From Octopus sinensis (lineage: Eukaryota), in assembly GCF_006345805.1 (NCBI RefSeq), contig NC_043001.1, positions 128,650,001 to 128,714,000 on the forward strand: 64,000 nt of DNA. Direction: 5' to 3'. Under the pieces are notes generated by a model. The model saw only the letters and a list, made by a program, of their open reading frames with translations, was not told where the DNA came from and searched no databases. Positions 25,494 through 37,060 of the stretch are shown here, in pieces (within the stretch, counting starts at the first letter, position 1; each line of letters opens with the position of its first letter). A program made the translations under genes and the position numbers.

Positions 25494-25715
25494 GTGTGTA
25501 TCTTTGTGTCTAATTTTACCGACCACCACCACTTGACAACTGATGTTAGTGTGTTTACATCCGCATAACTTAGCCGTTTGGCAAAAGAGACCGATAAAAT
25601 AAGTACTAGGCTTTAAAAAAAGGTAAGTCCTGAGGTCAATTTGTTTGACTAAAACACTTCAAGGTGGTATTCCAGCATGGCTGCAGTCAAATGACTGAAA
25701 CAAGTAAAAGAAAAG
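24753..25715 (+). mobile_element. SINE family A split by a HINE insertion
   Basis: Head at 24753-24900; body and tail at 25450-25715. Confidence 0.8.
24918..25445 (+). mobile_element. Second HINE-like element, nested in the (TA)n of a SINE
   Basis: Same 5' terminus as the 16329 element; 3' CTTTTATCATAAGAGAT; SINE sequence resumes after it. Confidence 0.7.
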
Positions 25716-26829
25716 ACGAGAAAAAAGAGAAAAACCACATCAATTCAACACAAAGAGCATTAATCGGTTGCACACCACGAGGTTTGCCTACCTGTTTTTC
25801 AAATAAAGGAGTTTTCTTTAGAAGTACAGAGATAGTGGATAACTTGTGGACAGGGAAATGCTTACAGACTTCGTCATCTGTAGCTCAACTTAGTTCAGAA
25901 TTTAAGCATTTACACCACCAGCATACATACATACACCATACACACACCATCATCATTTAACATCCATTCTCCATGCTGGCATGGGTTGGATAGTTTGACC
26001 AGAGCTGGCAAGCTGAGGGGCTGCACCAGACTCCAGTCTGATTTTGCTTGGATTCTACAGTTGGATGCCCTTCTTAATGCCAACCACTTTACAGAGAGAG
26101 CTGGGTGCTTTTACATGGTATCACATGGGCACTTTTTATGTGGCACCACATGGGCGCTTTATGTGTCACTGCAGAGGCACTTTTATGTATATGTATATCT
26201 ATATGTAGGACAGGCTTTGTAGAATTTCTGTTAACCAAATTCTCTCACATGGCATAATTTGTACTGAATAAGCTGTTTTAATAGAATAAATGTATTATCA
26301 TTTACATAATTACATAACATACACAATAAATTAATTAAAATATATTGCTAAGAGCACCATCCGAGCATGATCATTGCCAGAGCTGCTAACTGGCTTCTGT
26401 GCCGGTGTTATGTAAAAAGCACCATTCGAGCATGATCATAACCAGCGTTGCCTTACTGGCACTTGTGCCAGTGGCACATGAAAAAACATTCAAGCGAGGT
26501 CATTGCCAGTGCTGCTGGACTGGCTCCTGTGCAGGTGGCACGTAAAAAACACCATTTGAGTGTGGCCGTTGCCAATACCACCTGACTGGCCCTTGTGCCG
26601 GTGGCATGTAAAAGCACCCACTATACTCTTGGAGTGGTTGGCGTTAGGAAGGGCATCCAGCTGTAGAAACTCTGCCAGATCAGATTGGAGCCTGGTGCAG
26701 CCATCTGGTTTGCCAGTCCTCTGTCAAATCGTCCAACCCATGCTAGCATGGAAAGCGGACATTAAACTATGATGATGGTGTTACCCATATCATCAAGATA
26801 AGAAATCATTTTTAGTCAATTCATATATG

Positions 26830-27180
26830 GAAGGGTCAAGGTTCTTATGCTAAGTCTTAGTCAGCAAGCTCACTTCATGGAAAAAAAACCCCAAAAAACT
26901 ATAGGGTTGCCCTCTTCGAAAATACAAGGACCAACTCAAAACAACACTGAAAGCCACTGGACTTGAGCTTAAATTGCTTGAAACACATGCTTCAGACCAT
27001 ACCAAGTAGTGGTGTACCATAAAAACCAAAAACTTTGAAACCACCAGAAAAGTAAGAAATCAAATGACAGGAGAAAAAGAGAGGCTCAACAAAATCCACC
27101 TCATCCTCTATGATTACTATGCAGTCAATGCCATCAAGTTTTCTATGCAAGAATCATCAAATGCTGTCACCATAAAAGAA
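26830..27180 (+). mobile_element. RTE-clade LINE 3' coding remnant
   Basis: GCPLRKYKDQLKTTLKATGL..LETHASDH resembles the RTE/BovB C-terminal G.P..RYKD.LK motif. Confidence 0.65.
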
Positions 27181-27352
27181 GCATTCAGCAAAGAAGAAAC
27201 TAAACTCTCAGTTATGAGATTTTAAAGCCTCCACCACCAATATACATGCAAGTTTATTCATCTAGGATTCAGTGCATTGTAATAACATATTGGAGTTTAA
27301 CCATGTGTTATCAATTGATCTCTGAAATACTGTGGATATATTTTATGATGTT

Positions 27353-27514
27353 GTGGCTTTGTGGTAAGTAGCTTGCTAACCAACCACATGGTTCCGGGTT
27401 CAGTCCCACTGCGTGGCATCTTGGGCAAGTGTCTTCTGCTATAGCCCCGGGCCGACCAATGCCTTGTGAGTGGATTTGGTAGACAGAAACTGAAAGAAGC
27501 CTGTCGTATATATG

Positions 27515-27548
<34 letters not shown>

Positions 27549-27766
27549 TGTGTGTTTCTTTGTGTGTCTGTGTTTGTCCCCCTAGCATTGCTTGACAACC
27601 GATGTCCCCGTTACTTAGTGGTTCGGCAAAAGAGACCGATAGAATAAGTACTGGGCTTACAAAAAGAATAAGTCCCGGGGTCGAGTTGCTCGATTAAAGG
27701 TGGTGCTCCAGCATGGCCGCAGTCAAATGACTGTAAAAACAAGTAAAAGAGTAAAGAGAGAGAGAG
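27353..27766 (+). mobile_element. SINE family A
   Basis: Same body; ends ~75 bp before the last HPS5 exon. Confidence 0.9.
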
Positions 27767-27841
27767 TTCATGAAAATATTACTAATGACTTACCAAATGT
27801 TCTTTTTTTTTTTTATTATTTGAATTTGTTTTTATTTCTAG

Positions 27842-27909
27842 GTCATGCCTACCACCGTTTCTGTGTAGGACCAAAGAAGATGTGTGTACTTTGTCCATCT
27901 ATCATGTGA
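27842..27909 (+). CDS. HPS5: HPS5 last coding exon: (G)HAYHRFCVGPKKMCVLCPSIM*
   Basis: tttttatttctag acceptor, phase 1, completes C-x-H-x2-H-x2-C-x6-C-x2-C, TGA at 27907-27909. Confidence 0.88.
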
Positions 27910-28190
27910 ATACCAATGAATACAGTTCAAAGAAGTAGAGATGAAAGCGACACTTGCAAAGAACAAAAAAAAAGCACCAAAAAAAACCCTCCTTCCAAAT
28001 GGAATTGTTTAAGCATGACTAATTTGGAGGAAATATGAAGGGTGATAACTAAGGGAAGGGGTGGAGTAACAAAGAAGCAAAAATACCATTGCTGAGAATT
28101 ATAATCATTGAAATTAAAAAAATTAAATTCTCATTCCATAAGAACTATGGTTTTTAACCAGCAGTTGAATTTATGAAGGAAATAAGACTA

Positions 28191-28233
<43 letters not shown>

Positions 28234-28433
28234 GTAGGATAGAAAAGAACAGAAGAGAGGAAAAGCATGAAAAATAACCAAATGTTTGTGTGTAGATTTG
28301 GGTGTGAATTCCATGTCAATGGTTTTCAATGGTTTCATACTGACTGCCCTTCACTGAACACTGAAGTTTTTCACATGAATGAGGTTTGTATGAAACCAAT
28401 GTTGTTTTAGTACCCTACACGCACACAGTTACA

Positions 28434-28482
<49 letters not shown>

Positions 28483-29589
28483 GAAGTAATAATGAAATGA
28501 AATTAAATAGTATGAAAATAAAAAAACAATATCACTTCAAAGGACGAAATTAAAAAAGGTAAAAAAAAGTGGAAAAAAGAAAACGGAAAATGAAAAGTAA
28601 AGCAGGTGATAACTTTAACATTTGTGATCAAATACCATCCGCTTTTCATAACAATCTACATTTTTTTTGTATATAAGAGAAATTGCCATCATCATCATGA
28701 TCATCATCATCTTCATCCTTCCCAATTTGTGTCCACTTTCCATGCTGGCATGGGTTGGATGGGCCATCATGGACCAAGTCAGCTGTTACTTGCAATAACT
28801 ACCCACCTAGACTAGTCAGAGGCCCATGTTTCACTTACGCATTCCATTTTGATTTGGTTTTTTGGCTGGTTGCCCTTTCTAGTGGGCACTCAGTCATAGA
28901 AGCCATACGAAAACAGAGTACTGAGTACATTTTATTGTTACACCAGTACTAGAGAAATTATCACGTTCCCTGGAAGACTAAAGAGTCCTCGTTCAATTGC
29001 CAACCACTTTATGATGTGTAGTGTAATGGGGTGCATGTTATTGTGGCACCAGCACTAGAGAAGTTACCTTGCCCCCTGCAAGACTGAAGAGCTCTCTCTG
29101 TTCTATGTTGTCTCTATCTTTTCAAAGCAAACATGTGTATATATTTGGTTTCTTTTAAAACCCATCATCTTTGTCATTATCAAGAGGAAAACCTCAAGTT
29201 AACAATAATGTTATCAAATACCAGCAGTTGATCAAAATATAAATATGAACCTCCTTGCCTGCTCAAAAAAAAAAACAAAAAAAAAAACATTTCATTTCAT
29301 TCCATTTTAGTATCTTAGATTCTTAAATTATATTCCATGTTGTTGAAGATGGGTGGCAGAAATGGTAGAGTGTTGATCAAAATAAATACTTTTTTTGTTT
29401 TTATTTATTTATTTACAACCCTCCAGTTTCTAAAATCAAATTCCTCCAAAGTCAATTTTTGCCTTTGTATTCCTGAAATTAATAAAAGTTTGTACCAGTT
29501 CAGTACTGGAGCTGATGACATTGAGTCAGTCCCACTTTCTAAAATTACTAGCCTTTTTCCTTGATTAGAAACAAATTATTATTATTATT

Positions 29590-30480
29590 ATTATTATCAA
29601 GGCTGCAAGCTGGCAGAAGCGTTAGCATCTGTCTTTATATTCTGAGTTGAAATTCCACTGAGGTCAGCTTTGCCTTTCATCCCTTTCAGAGTTGATAAAA
29701 TAAGTACCAGTTGAGCACTTGGGTCGATATAATCAAATTACCTCCTACCCCGAAATTGCTGGCCTTGTGCCTATAGTAGAAAGGATCATTATTAATTGGG
29801 ACTTTAATTCCCAGAAAGATGTTAGGCAAAGATGAATTCAAATCTGTTGGATTTGAATTCACTATGCAAAAAGCTGGAACAGATACTGCAAAGTTTATTT
29901 TCCTGATATAGGGATTCAGCCAAATAATAATAATAATAATAATAATAATAATCCTTTCTATTAGAGGCACAAGACCTGAAATTTTGGGGAAGGGGTCTAG
30001 TCAATTACATTGACCTCAGTGCATAGCTGATATTTATTTTATCGACCCTGAAAGGAAGAAAGGCAAAGTCGACCATGGCAGAATTTGAACTCAGAACATA
30101 AAGACAGATGAAATGCCACTAAGCATTTTGCCTGGTGTGCTAATGATTCTGCCAGCTTGTTGCCTTAATAATAATAATAGAGGCTTCAAATTTTGGCACA
30201 AGGCTATAAATTTTAGTGAGTGGGGGACTAAATCAATTATATCAACCCCAGTGCTGTGGCTTCAAATTTTGGCACAAGGCCATAAATTTTAGTGAGTGGG
30301 GTACTAAATCAATTATGTCAACCCCCAGTGCTGTACTGCTACTTATTTCATTTGACCCCTGAGAGAACAAAAGTCAACTTCAGTAGAATTCGAATTCAGA
30401 ATATAAAGGGTCAGAAGAAATAGCACTAATCATTTTGAGCAACTTATTAATGATTCTACTGGCATACTGCCTTTCTGCTG
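29590..30480. mobile_element. Cluster of SINE family C copies in both orientations with (AAT)n tails
   Basis: Recurring TTTGGCACAAGGCC and GAATTTGAACTCAGAAC motifs. Confidence 0.75.
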
Positions 30481-31267
30481 CTACTACTACTACTACAAAT
30501 GATAATGTTATTAATAATATCCTGCTGCTGGGGTGAACTCTTTCAAACCATTACACTTATCTTTTCTATTTGTCTCTTCTTGTTTATATTGTTTTTTGGG
30601 GGTGGGGATGTGAAGCACTACAATTTGGAATGGTTTGATCATAGCTGCTCAAGATGGATTTAAGCTCACAAATCTTTTAATCTGGGTTTGTTAACAATAC
30701 AATGTTCTCTATAGCTCACTTGATAAAATAGAAAATACAGAAAAGAAAAATAAAAATATCGGAGCCTTATATGAAATAAAGGCCTGTGCATCAATTCAGA
30801 CTTTAAGCAGTTTAACTTTGAGCTGTTTAACATAGCAAACATAACAGCTAATAATGGACAGAGATAAAGCTGTTTAAAATGTAGTGTTTTAGTAGTATTG
30901 TAGTTTGCTTGAAGCATTGTGATACAGAAGTAAGATAAATAATGGGAAGCTTCTTACAAAATGAAATGGGAAAATTGAGTAACCATTATAAATTTCAGAC
31001 ACAAAGGCCTGTAAGAGTTTCATTTCTTTAACTCTTTAGCATTAATACTTCTCTGTCAAATGTAATGCTCACTTATTCACAATGTTTTGAATTAATCATG
31101 CATTATACTTGTAGGGTAGGTGTGAGAGATAGGATTTGGCTGGTTCAAACATGAAACATGTAGAATATTTCGGCTGTATCTGGCTGGTTTAAATGCTAGG
31201 GGTGAATCCAGTCACTTCTGATAGGCCTTTCTGCTTGAAATATATAGTGGTTTAGTTATTTTTGAGA

Positions 31268-31431
31268 GAAGGAGTGGCTGTGTGGTAAGTAGCTTGCTAA
31301 CCAACCACATGGTTCCGGGTTCAGTCCCACTGTGTGGTATCTTGGGCAAGTGTCTTCTGCTATAGCCCCGGGCCAACCAATGCCTTGTGAGTGGATTTGG
31401 TAGACAGAAACTGAAAGAAGCCTGTCGTATA

Positions 31432-31472
<41 letters not shown>

Positions 31473-31668
31473 CTGTGTTTGTCCCCCTAGCATTGCTTGA
31501 CAACCGATGCTGGTGTGTTTACGTTCCCGTCACTTAGCGGTTCGGCAAAAGAGACCGATAGAATAAGTACTGGGCTTACAAAGAATAAGTCCCAGGATCG
31601 ATTTGCTCGACTAAAGGCGGTACTCCAGCATGGCCACAGTCAAATGACTGAAACAAGTAAAAGAGTAA
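31268..31668 (+). mobile_element. SINE family A
   Basis: Same head, body and tail. Confidence 0.9.
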
Positions 31669-32873
31669 GTCATAGAAAAAGTTATCCCAGCAGCATTAAT
31701 TATTCTAGCAGTACTAATTATGACAGTATTCTTACATAAAATTTTAGCAGCAGTCATATCTTTGTCTTTGCTTACTTCTAGAGATTTTTGACATCATTCA
31801 CCTGAAATACTCTTGTATTTGTGTTTTATTTTTGTATTTTGTTAATTCCAATTTAAATTATTGCTAATTATTTATTTGAATCAATGAACAAATCATGAAC
31901 AAAAACAATTAATCAAATTTTATAAAATAAAACTTTATGTATGTATATGTGTGTTTACCTGTAAATGTATGTATTTATTCATATTTTATATATGTATGTG
32001 TGGGTGACAGAAGCAATTATGAGATTCCAGGACTTCTTAAGCTCACCTCAACCTCACCTCAGAATCAGCAAGCTCAACAGCCATCCCATTTATATCCACA
32101 AATGAATTTAATCACCTATGAGACAAGAAACGTACCCTAGATACAGTATATATAAATCATCATTGTTTAAGGTCCACTTTACAATGCTTGCATGTATTCA
32201 GACAAAATTTGCTGAAGTTGGATGCTCTTCCTGTTGTCAACCCTCACTTCATTCCAAGCAAGAAAATATTTCTCCATGACTGGACATGTTTTCATGGAAG
32301 ATTGGAAACAAATGACATTGATCGTATGGTAGTGACACTTGTTTACAATTATCATTCAAGTTCAAAATGAAATTGTACATACACACACACACATACACAT
32401 GAGAGTGTGTGTGTGTGTGTGTTTGTATGTGTATATTAGTGTCGAGTTTCTTTCAGTTTCCATCTATCAAATATACTCACAAGGCTTTGGTCAGTGTGGA
32501 GATATAGTAGCGGACACTTGTCCAACATGCTACACATAGTGAGTCTTAACCAAAAATGGTTGAGCAGCAAACTTCTTAACCACACAGCCATTGCATGCAT
32601 ATCTTTCATTCTTTCGGGGTCACTATAAAAGTACTATTCCAGAATGGCAAGCTAACGAAATTGTAAGAACTTAGGACAATTGCCTTAAGGAAATCTTCCG
32701 TCCTCCTTCCTGATAGTCTTGGAGGTCTTGGTTCTGCTTTCCTTTCTTACTAAAAGGTAAGTGGTATTTATTTTGGTTCTTTTTAACTTGGAGTTCAATC
32801 CTTGCTATTCATGTGATTGATGAATAAAGTACCAAAGAGGTACTGAGATCAATTTCTTCCCCCTTTCTTTCTG

Positions 32874-32906
<33 letters not shown>

Positions 32907-33024
32907 GAATCAGCTATGTGAAGGGGCCAGTAAATAGCATTCACATTGTAGCCCCCTACAAATTCCCTTCGAGTTCAAGATGAGACAACACACACACACA
33001 CACACACACATGAGAGGATGTGTG

Positions 33025-33360
33025 TTTGTATCATCATCATCATCATCATCATCATTTAGCGTCCACTTTCCATGCTAGCATGGGTTGGATGGTTCAACTG
33101 GGGTCTGTGAAGTCGGAAGGCAGCATCAGGCCCAGTCTGATCTGGCAGTGTTTCTACAGCTGGATGCCCTTCCTAATGCCAATCACTCCATAAGTGTAGT
33201 GGGTGCTTTTTACGTGCCACCCGCACAGGTGCCAGACGGAGCTGGCAAATGACCACGAACGGATGGTGCTTTTACGTGCCACCGGCACAGGGGCCAGACG
33301 AGGCTGGCAACGGACACGAACGGATGGTGCTTTTACATGCCACCGGCACGGGGGCCAGGC
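33025..33360 (-). mobile_element. Family D repeat (RTE-X 3'-end type, (GAT)n tail); further copies at ~1845, 4295, 5935, 7920, 8215, 20560(+), 22480(+), 25953, 26360(+), 49725
   Basis: CATCATCAT..TCCATGCT(A/G)GCATGGGTTGGA..GGATGCCCTTCC motif, matching 44222-44400. Confidence 0.8.
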
Positions 33361-33618
33361 GGTGTTTGTGTGTTGTGTGTAGACAACAGCAAAGAGATTG
33401 GGTACATTTCTACGATGTCATCCACTACGCTGCGAAATTAATTGAGATGGTGTCATTAATTTGGCATTTTATTAATAGGAGTAGCTCAAAGCATGACTTT
33501 GAGCCTCTCTTATTGTTGCTGGATGATATTGTTAACCAGTCACAACTTATATCAACCTTTTGTATAAATATATTCAAACTGAGTCCAGGAGACTTTTTTG
33601 CACCAAAAGTTAATATAA

Positions 33619-34012
33619 GGCACAGGAGTGGCTGTGTGGTAAGTAGCTTGCCTACCAACCACATGGTTCTGGGTTCAGTCTCACTGCATGGCATCTTGGG
33701 CAAGTGTCTTCTGCTATAGCCTCAGGCCGACCAATGCCTTGTGAGTGGATTTGGTAGACGGAAACTGAAAGAAGCTTGTCGTATATATATGTATGTGTAT
33801 GTGTGTCTGTGTTTGTCCTTCTAGCATTGCTTGACAACTGATGCTGGTGTGTTTACGTCCCCGTCACTTAGCGGTTCGGCAAAAGAGACCGATAGAATAA
33901 GTACTGGGCTTACAAAAGAATAAGTCCCGGGGTCGAGTTGCTCGACTAAAGGCGGTGCTCCAGCATGGCCGCAGTCAAATGACTGAAACAAGTAAAAGAG
34001 TAAAAGAGAGAG
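33619..34012 (+). mobile_element. SINE family A
   Basis: Same head, body and tail. Confidence 0.9.
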
Positions 34013-35199
34013 TATAACTTGTGGTTGGCAAACATTAATCAATGAAATTGGTCAGCATCAAACCAAAAGTGAAATGATGCTTTGAGTTATTTCTACCCCT
34101 AATTGAACTAATTCATCATGGTGGAAAACATCTAGCTAGCAACACTATAGAAAGGTACCCAGTTGCTACATTTGCTTCTGGTTTCAGTGACAAGAACTAG
34201 TAGCACAAAAGAATTTCTTTTTTAAAAGCTGATTTTTGGTGGGTGAAGGAGAAGTTTTTGAAGCTGAGGACAAACTTTCTAATGATTTTTCATTTGAGTT
34301 TTTTGTTAAATTTTTTCTTTCGGTTTTGTTATTTTTTATAAGAAAATTTGTTTGAATAACGGGTGGGATGGAGTGTGATTTTTGTAAATATTTTTGTTGG
34401 TGGTTATTTTTTTTATTTTGTAAATATATATATATATATATTAACATTTTCTTTGTTTTGCTACATATTTTATATATTTTATTTTTCATTTATATTTTGT
34501 TATTTATATTTTGTAAATTAATTTCTTATGAACAGAAGAACAATTTTGATTTTAGCACTTACCTGTCTCATCCTATCTCTTTTCACTTTTTCCAACTTTG
34601 TCTTTTTCTAGCATCATTTCTTGCTCACTCACAGTTCTAACAACATTCCTATACTGACAATGCTTCTCATTCTTTCATCTACATGAAAATATAGTTTGTG
34701 TGTGGATGGCAACACACAAACTATATTTTCATGTAAGACATGCAAAAAAATATCCTCTAACCAAGACATTATTACCTAAACTCCTTCAACAGCACCAAAA
34801 TGCAACCACTACACATATCAAGGAAATATTGCGACAACATTACTTCTTAAAGAATATATTGCATTTTTAAACATATAAATTAGGTAATTTTAGCTAATTA
34901 GTCAAATCTCTGTTGATATTTCATGAAAATCTCACATCTTAAAACCTTTAGCATTCAGATTGACTTTTTCTTGTATCCAAGAATTTAATTTCTTCTTTGC
35001 TGATCACTTCCTTCACAGTGAAAGTGTTGATGACTATGTAGACCAGTTCTTGCATGGAAGAGTTGATGGCATAGACTGTATGGTAATGTTGGTAGAGGAC
35101 GAGGTTAGTTACATCTTGGGCTTTCAAATGATTTAGGCTCAACTCCAGTGACTTTCAGTGTTGTTTCAAGTTGATCCTTTTATCTTTAAAGAAGGCAAC

Positions 35200-37060
35200 C
35201 TCATGGTTTTTGAATAAGACTTGACATAGGGACCTTGACTTTTACATTCTTGCTACATGTCCTTGTCATCTTTCATAATTCAATGCTTTGACTGTTGGCT
35301 CTTTCCAGGACTTTGTTGTAATCACATAGTATTCCCATTGAGTGAAGTTTTTGCTGGATGTTGTGATAATATAGAGTCCAGATTTTGCAGCCATACAGCA
35401 AGAGTTAAAATAACAACAGCATTATAGACCATAATTTGTGTTGTTAAGTTCATGTATTTCTTGTTGAAGATCCATTTGATTTGCTTTCCAAATGCCCTGT
35501 GTGCAGCTCCAATTCTGTGTTCCACATCCTTTTCTCAGGTGCACTTGTTTGATAAAAGGCTGCCTAGATATGGAAAATGCTCTACTTGTTTGAGAGGTAT
35601 ATCAGCAATACTCACAAACAGCTGGAGTTCTTCTTTTGAATAGCAGAGGACAGCATTGTTATCAACATATTGAAGTTCTGAGATGTATTATGAGAGTGAA
35701 AATTCTTCTGACAGTGTGTTTCCTGACATATTGTCATGTATTGCTTGAACCAAGATGATAAAGTGTTTGGGACATCCTAAACAATGAAGAACTTTCCACA
35801 TAGCAGCCCTTGGAACACTATCAAAGGTCTTTTCTAAGTCATAGAAATTAAGGAAAAGGGGTTTTGTTGTTCCCTGCTTTTCTCTTGGAGTTACCCTGCA
35901 CAGAAAATCATGTTGATTGTGCCATGAGAGGTGCAAAATCCACATTGGTAGGATCAGGTAGGATCATTTTGGTGATGGTCTGGAACTGATTTAGAAGGTT
36001 CCTGCTAATGACTTTTCTAATGATGGAATGTAATGATATTCCTCTATAGTTCCTGCAGGCTTTTTGGTCACCTTTTTTGAAGATCATTATGATGGTTGCA
36101 TCTTTCAGTTCTTTGGGAACTTGTTGGGATTTCCACATCTTCAGAATGAGGATGAAGATACAGGTTTGCAAGGGGAAGCCCATGTTTGACCAGTTCAAAA
36201 ATGGATGTTATCTGAACCTGAGACTTCCTTGATCTCATCTGCTTCATAGCTTGCTTGAATTCTTGGAAAGTAAGCCTCATGTTCAACCACAACTGAGGAG
36301 AATACTTTGGAATGTTTCTCAGGAAGTCCTCAGCTGTCTATATTTTGGAGGGTGGAAAAGTGTTCCTTTCAGTGTAGGAGTATGTCTTGTGGATTGGTCA
36401 GGATGTTTGTATTGACAGCTGCTAGAAAGGACCAAATTGTTGTTCAAACTGGTCCAAATAGTGATTTCATTCTGGCATAGAGATTTCTGAGATCACATGC
36501 ATCTGCACAACCCTGAAATTTGACACCAAATGTTCTGCAATTCTCTTAGTCCTAGAAATGCATTTTTTTTTTTAGTTTGGGTCTTTGGTCTTGTTCGTGG
36601 GCCAGTCAAGCATTCTTTGTTTTTTTGCCTTAATCAGGTTGTTGATTTCAATATTGTTTCATCAAACCAATCCTGATTTTTGATCTTGGCAAAGCTGATG
36701 ACAGTGTTTGCAGTTTTTTGTGACTATATCACAAATGGTTCTTCATTCTTCATCAACAGATTAAAACTAAGTACCTGACTTATTTTGGTTTCTGCTGGTT
36801 CAGCTGTTGAGATCTGTTGTAATCATCATCTACTTGTTCCACAATTGGGGTCTTTTGGGGTTGGTGATGGTCTGGAATTGATTTAGAAGGTTCCTGCTAA
36901 TGACTTTCCTAATGATGGAATGTAATGATATTCCTCTATAGTTCCTGCAGGCTTTTTGGTCACCTTTTTGAAGATCATTATGATGGTTGCATCTTTCAGT
37001 TCTTTGGGAACTTGTTGGGATTTCCACATCTTCAGAATGAGGATAAAGATACAGGTTTAG
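35200..37060 (-). mobile_element. Decayed RTE (BovB-like) LINE RT region with an internal duplication
   Basis: KDATIIMIFKKGD..CRNYRGISL, FYDLEKTFDSVPR..MWKVL..LGCP and YNAVVILTL motifs; many stops and frameshifts. Confidence 0.88.

Noticed and set aside
34563-34640. Minus-strand exon ending at a strong CAG|GTAAGT donor
   Set aside because: All three frames contain stops within ~50 nt and there is no good acceptor.
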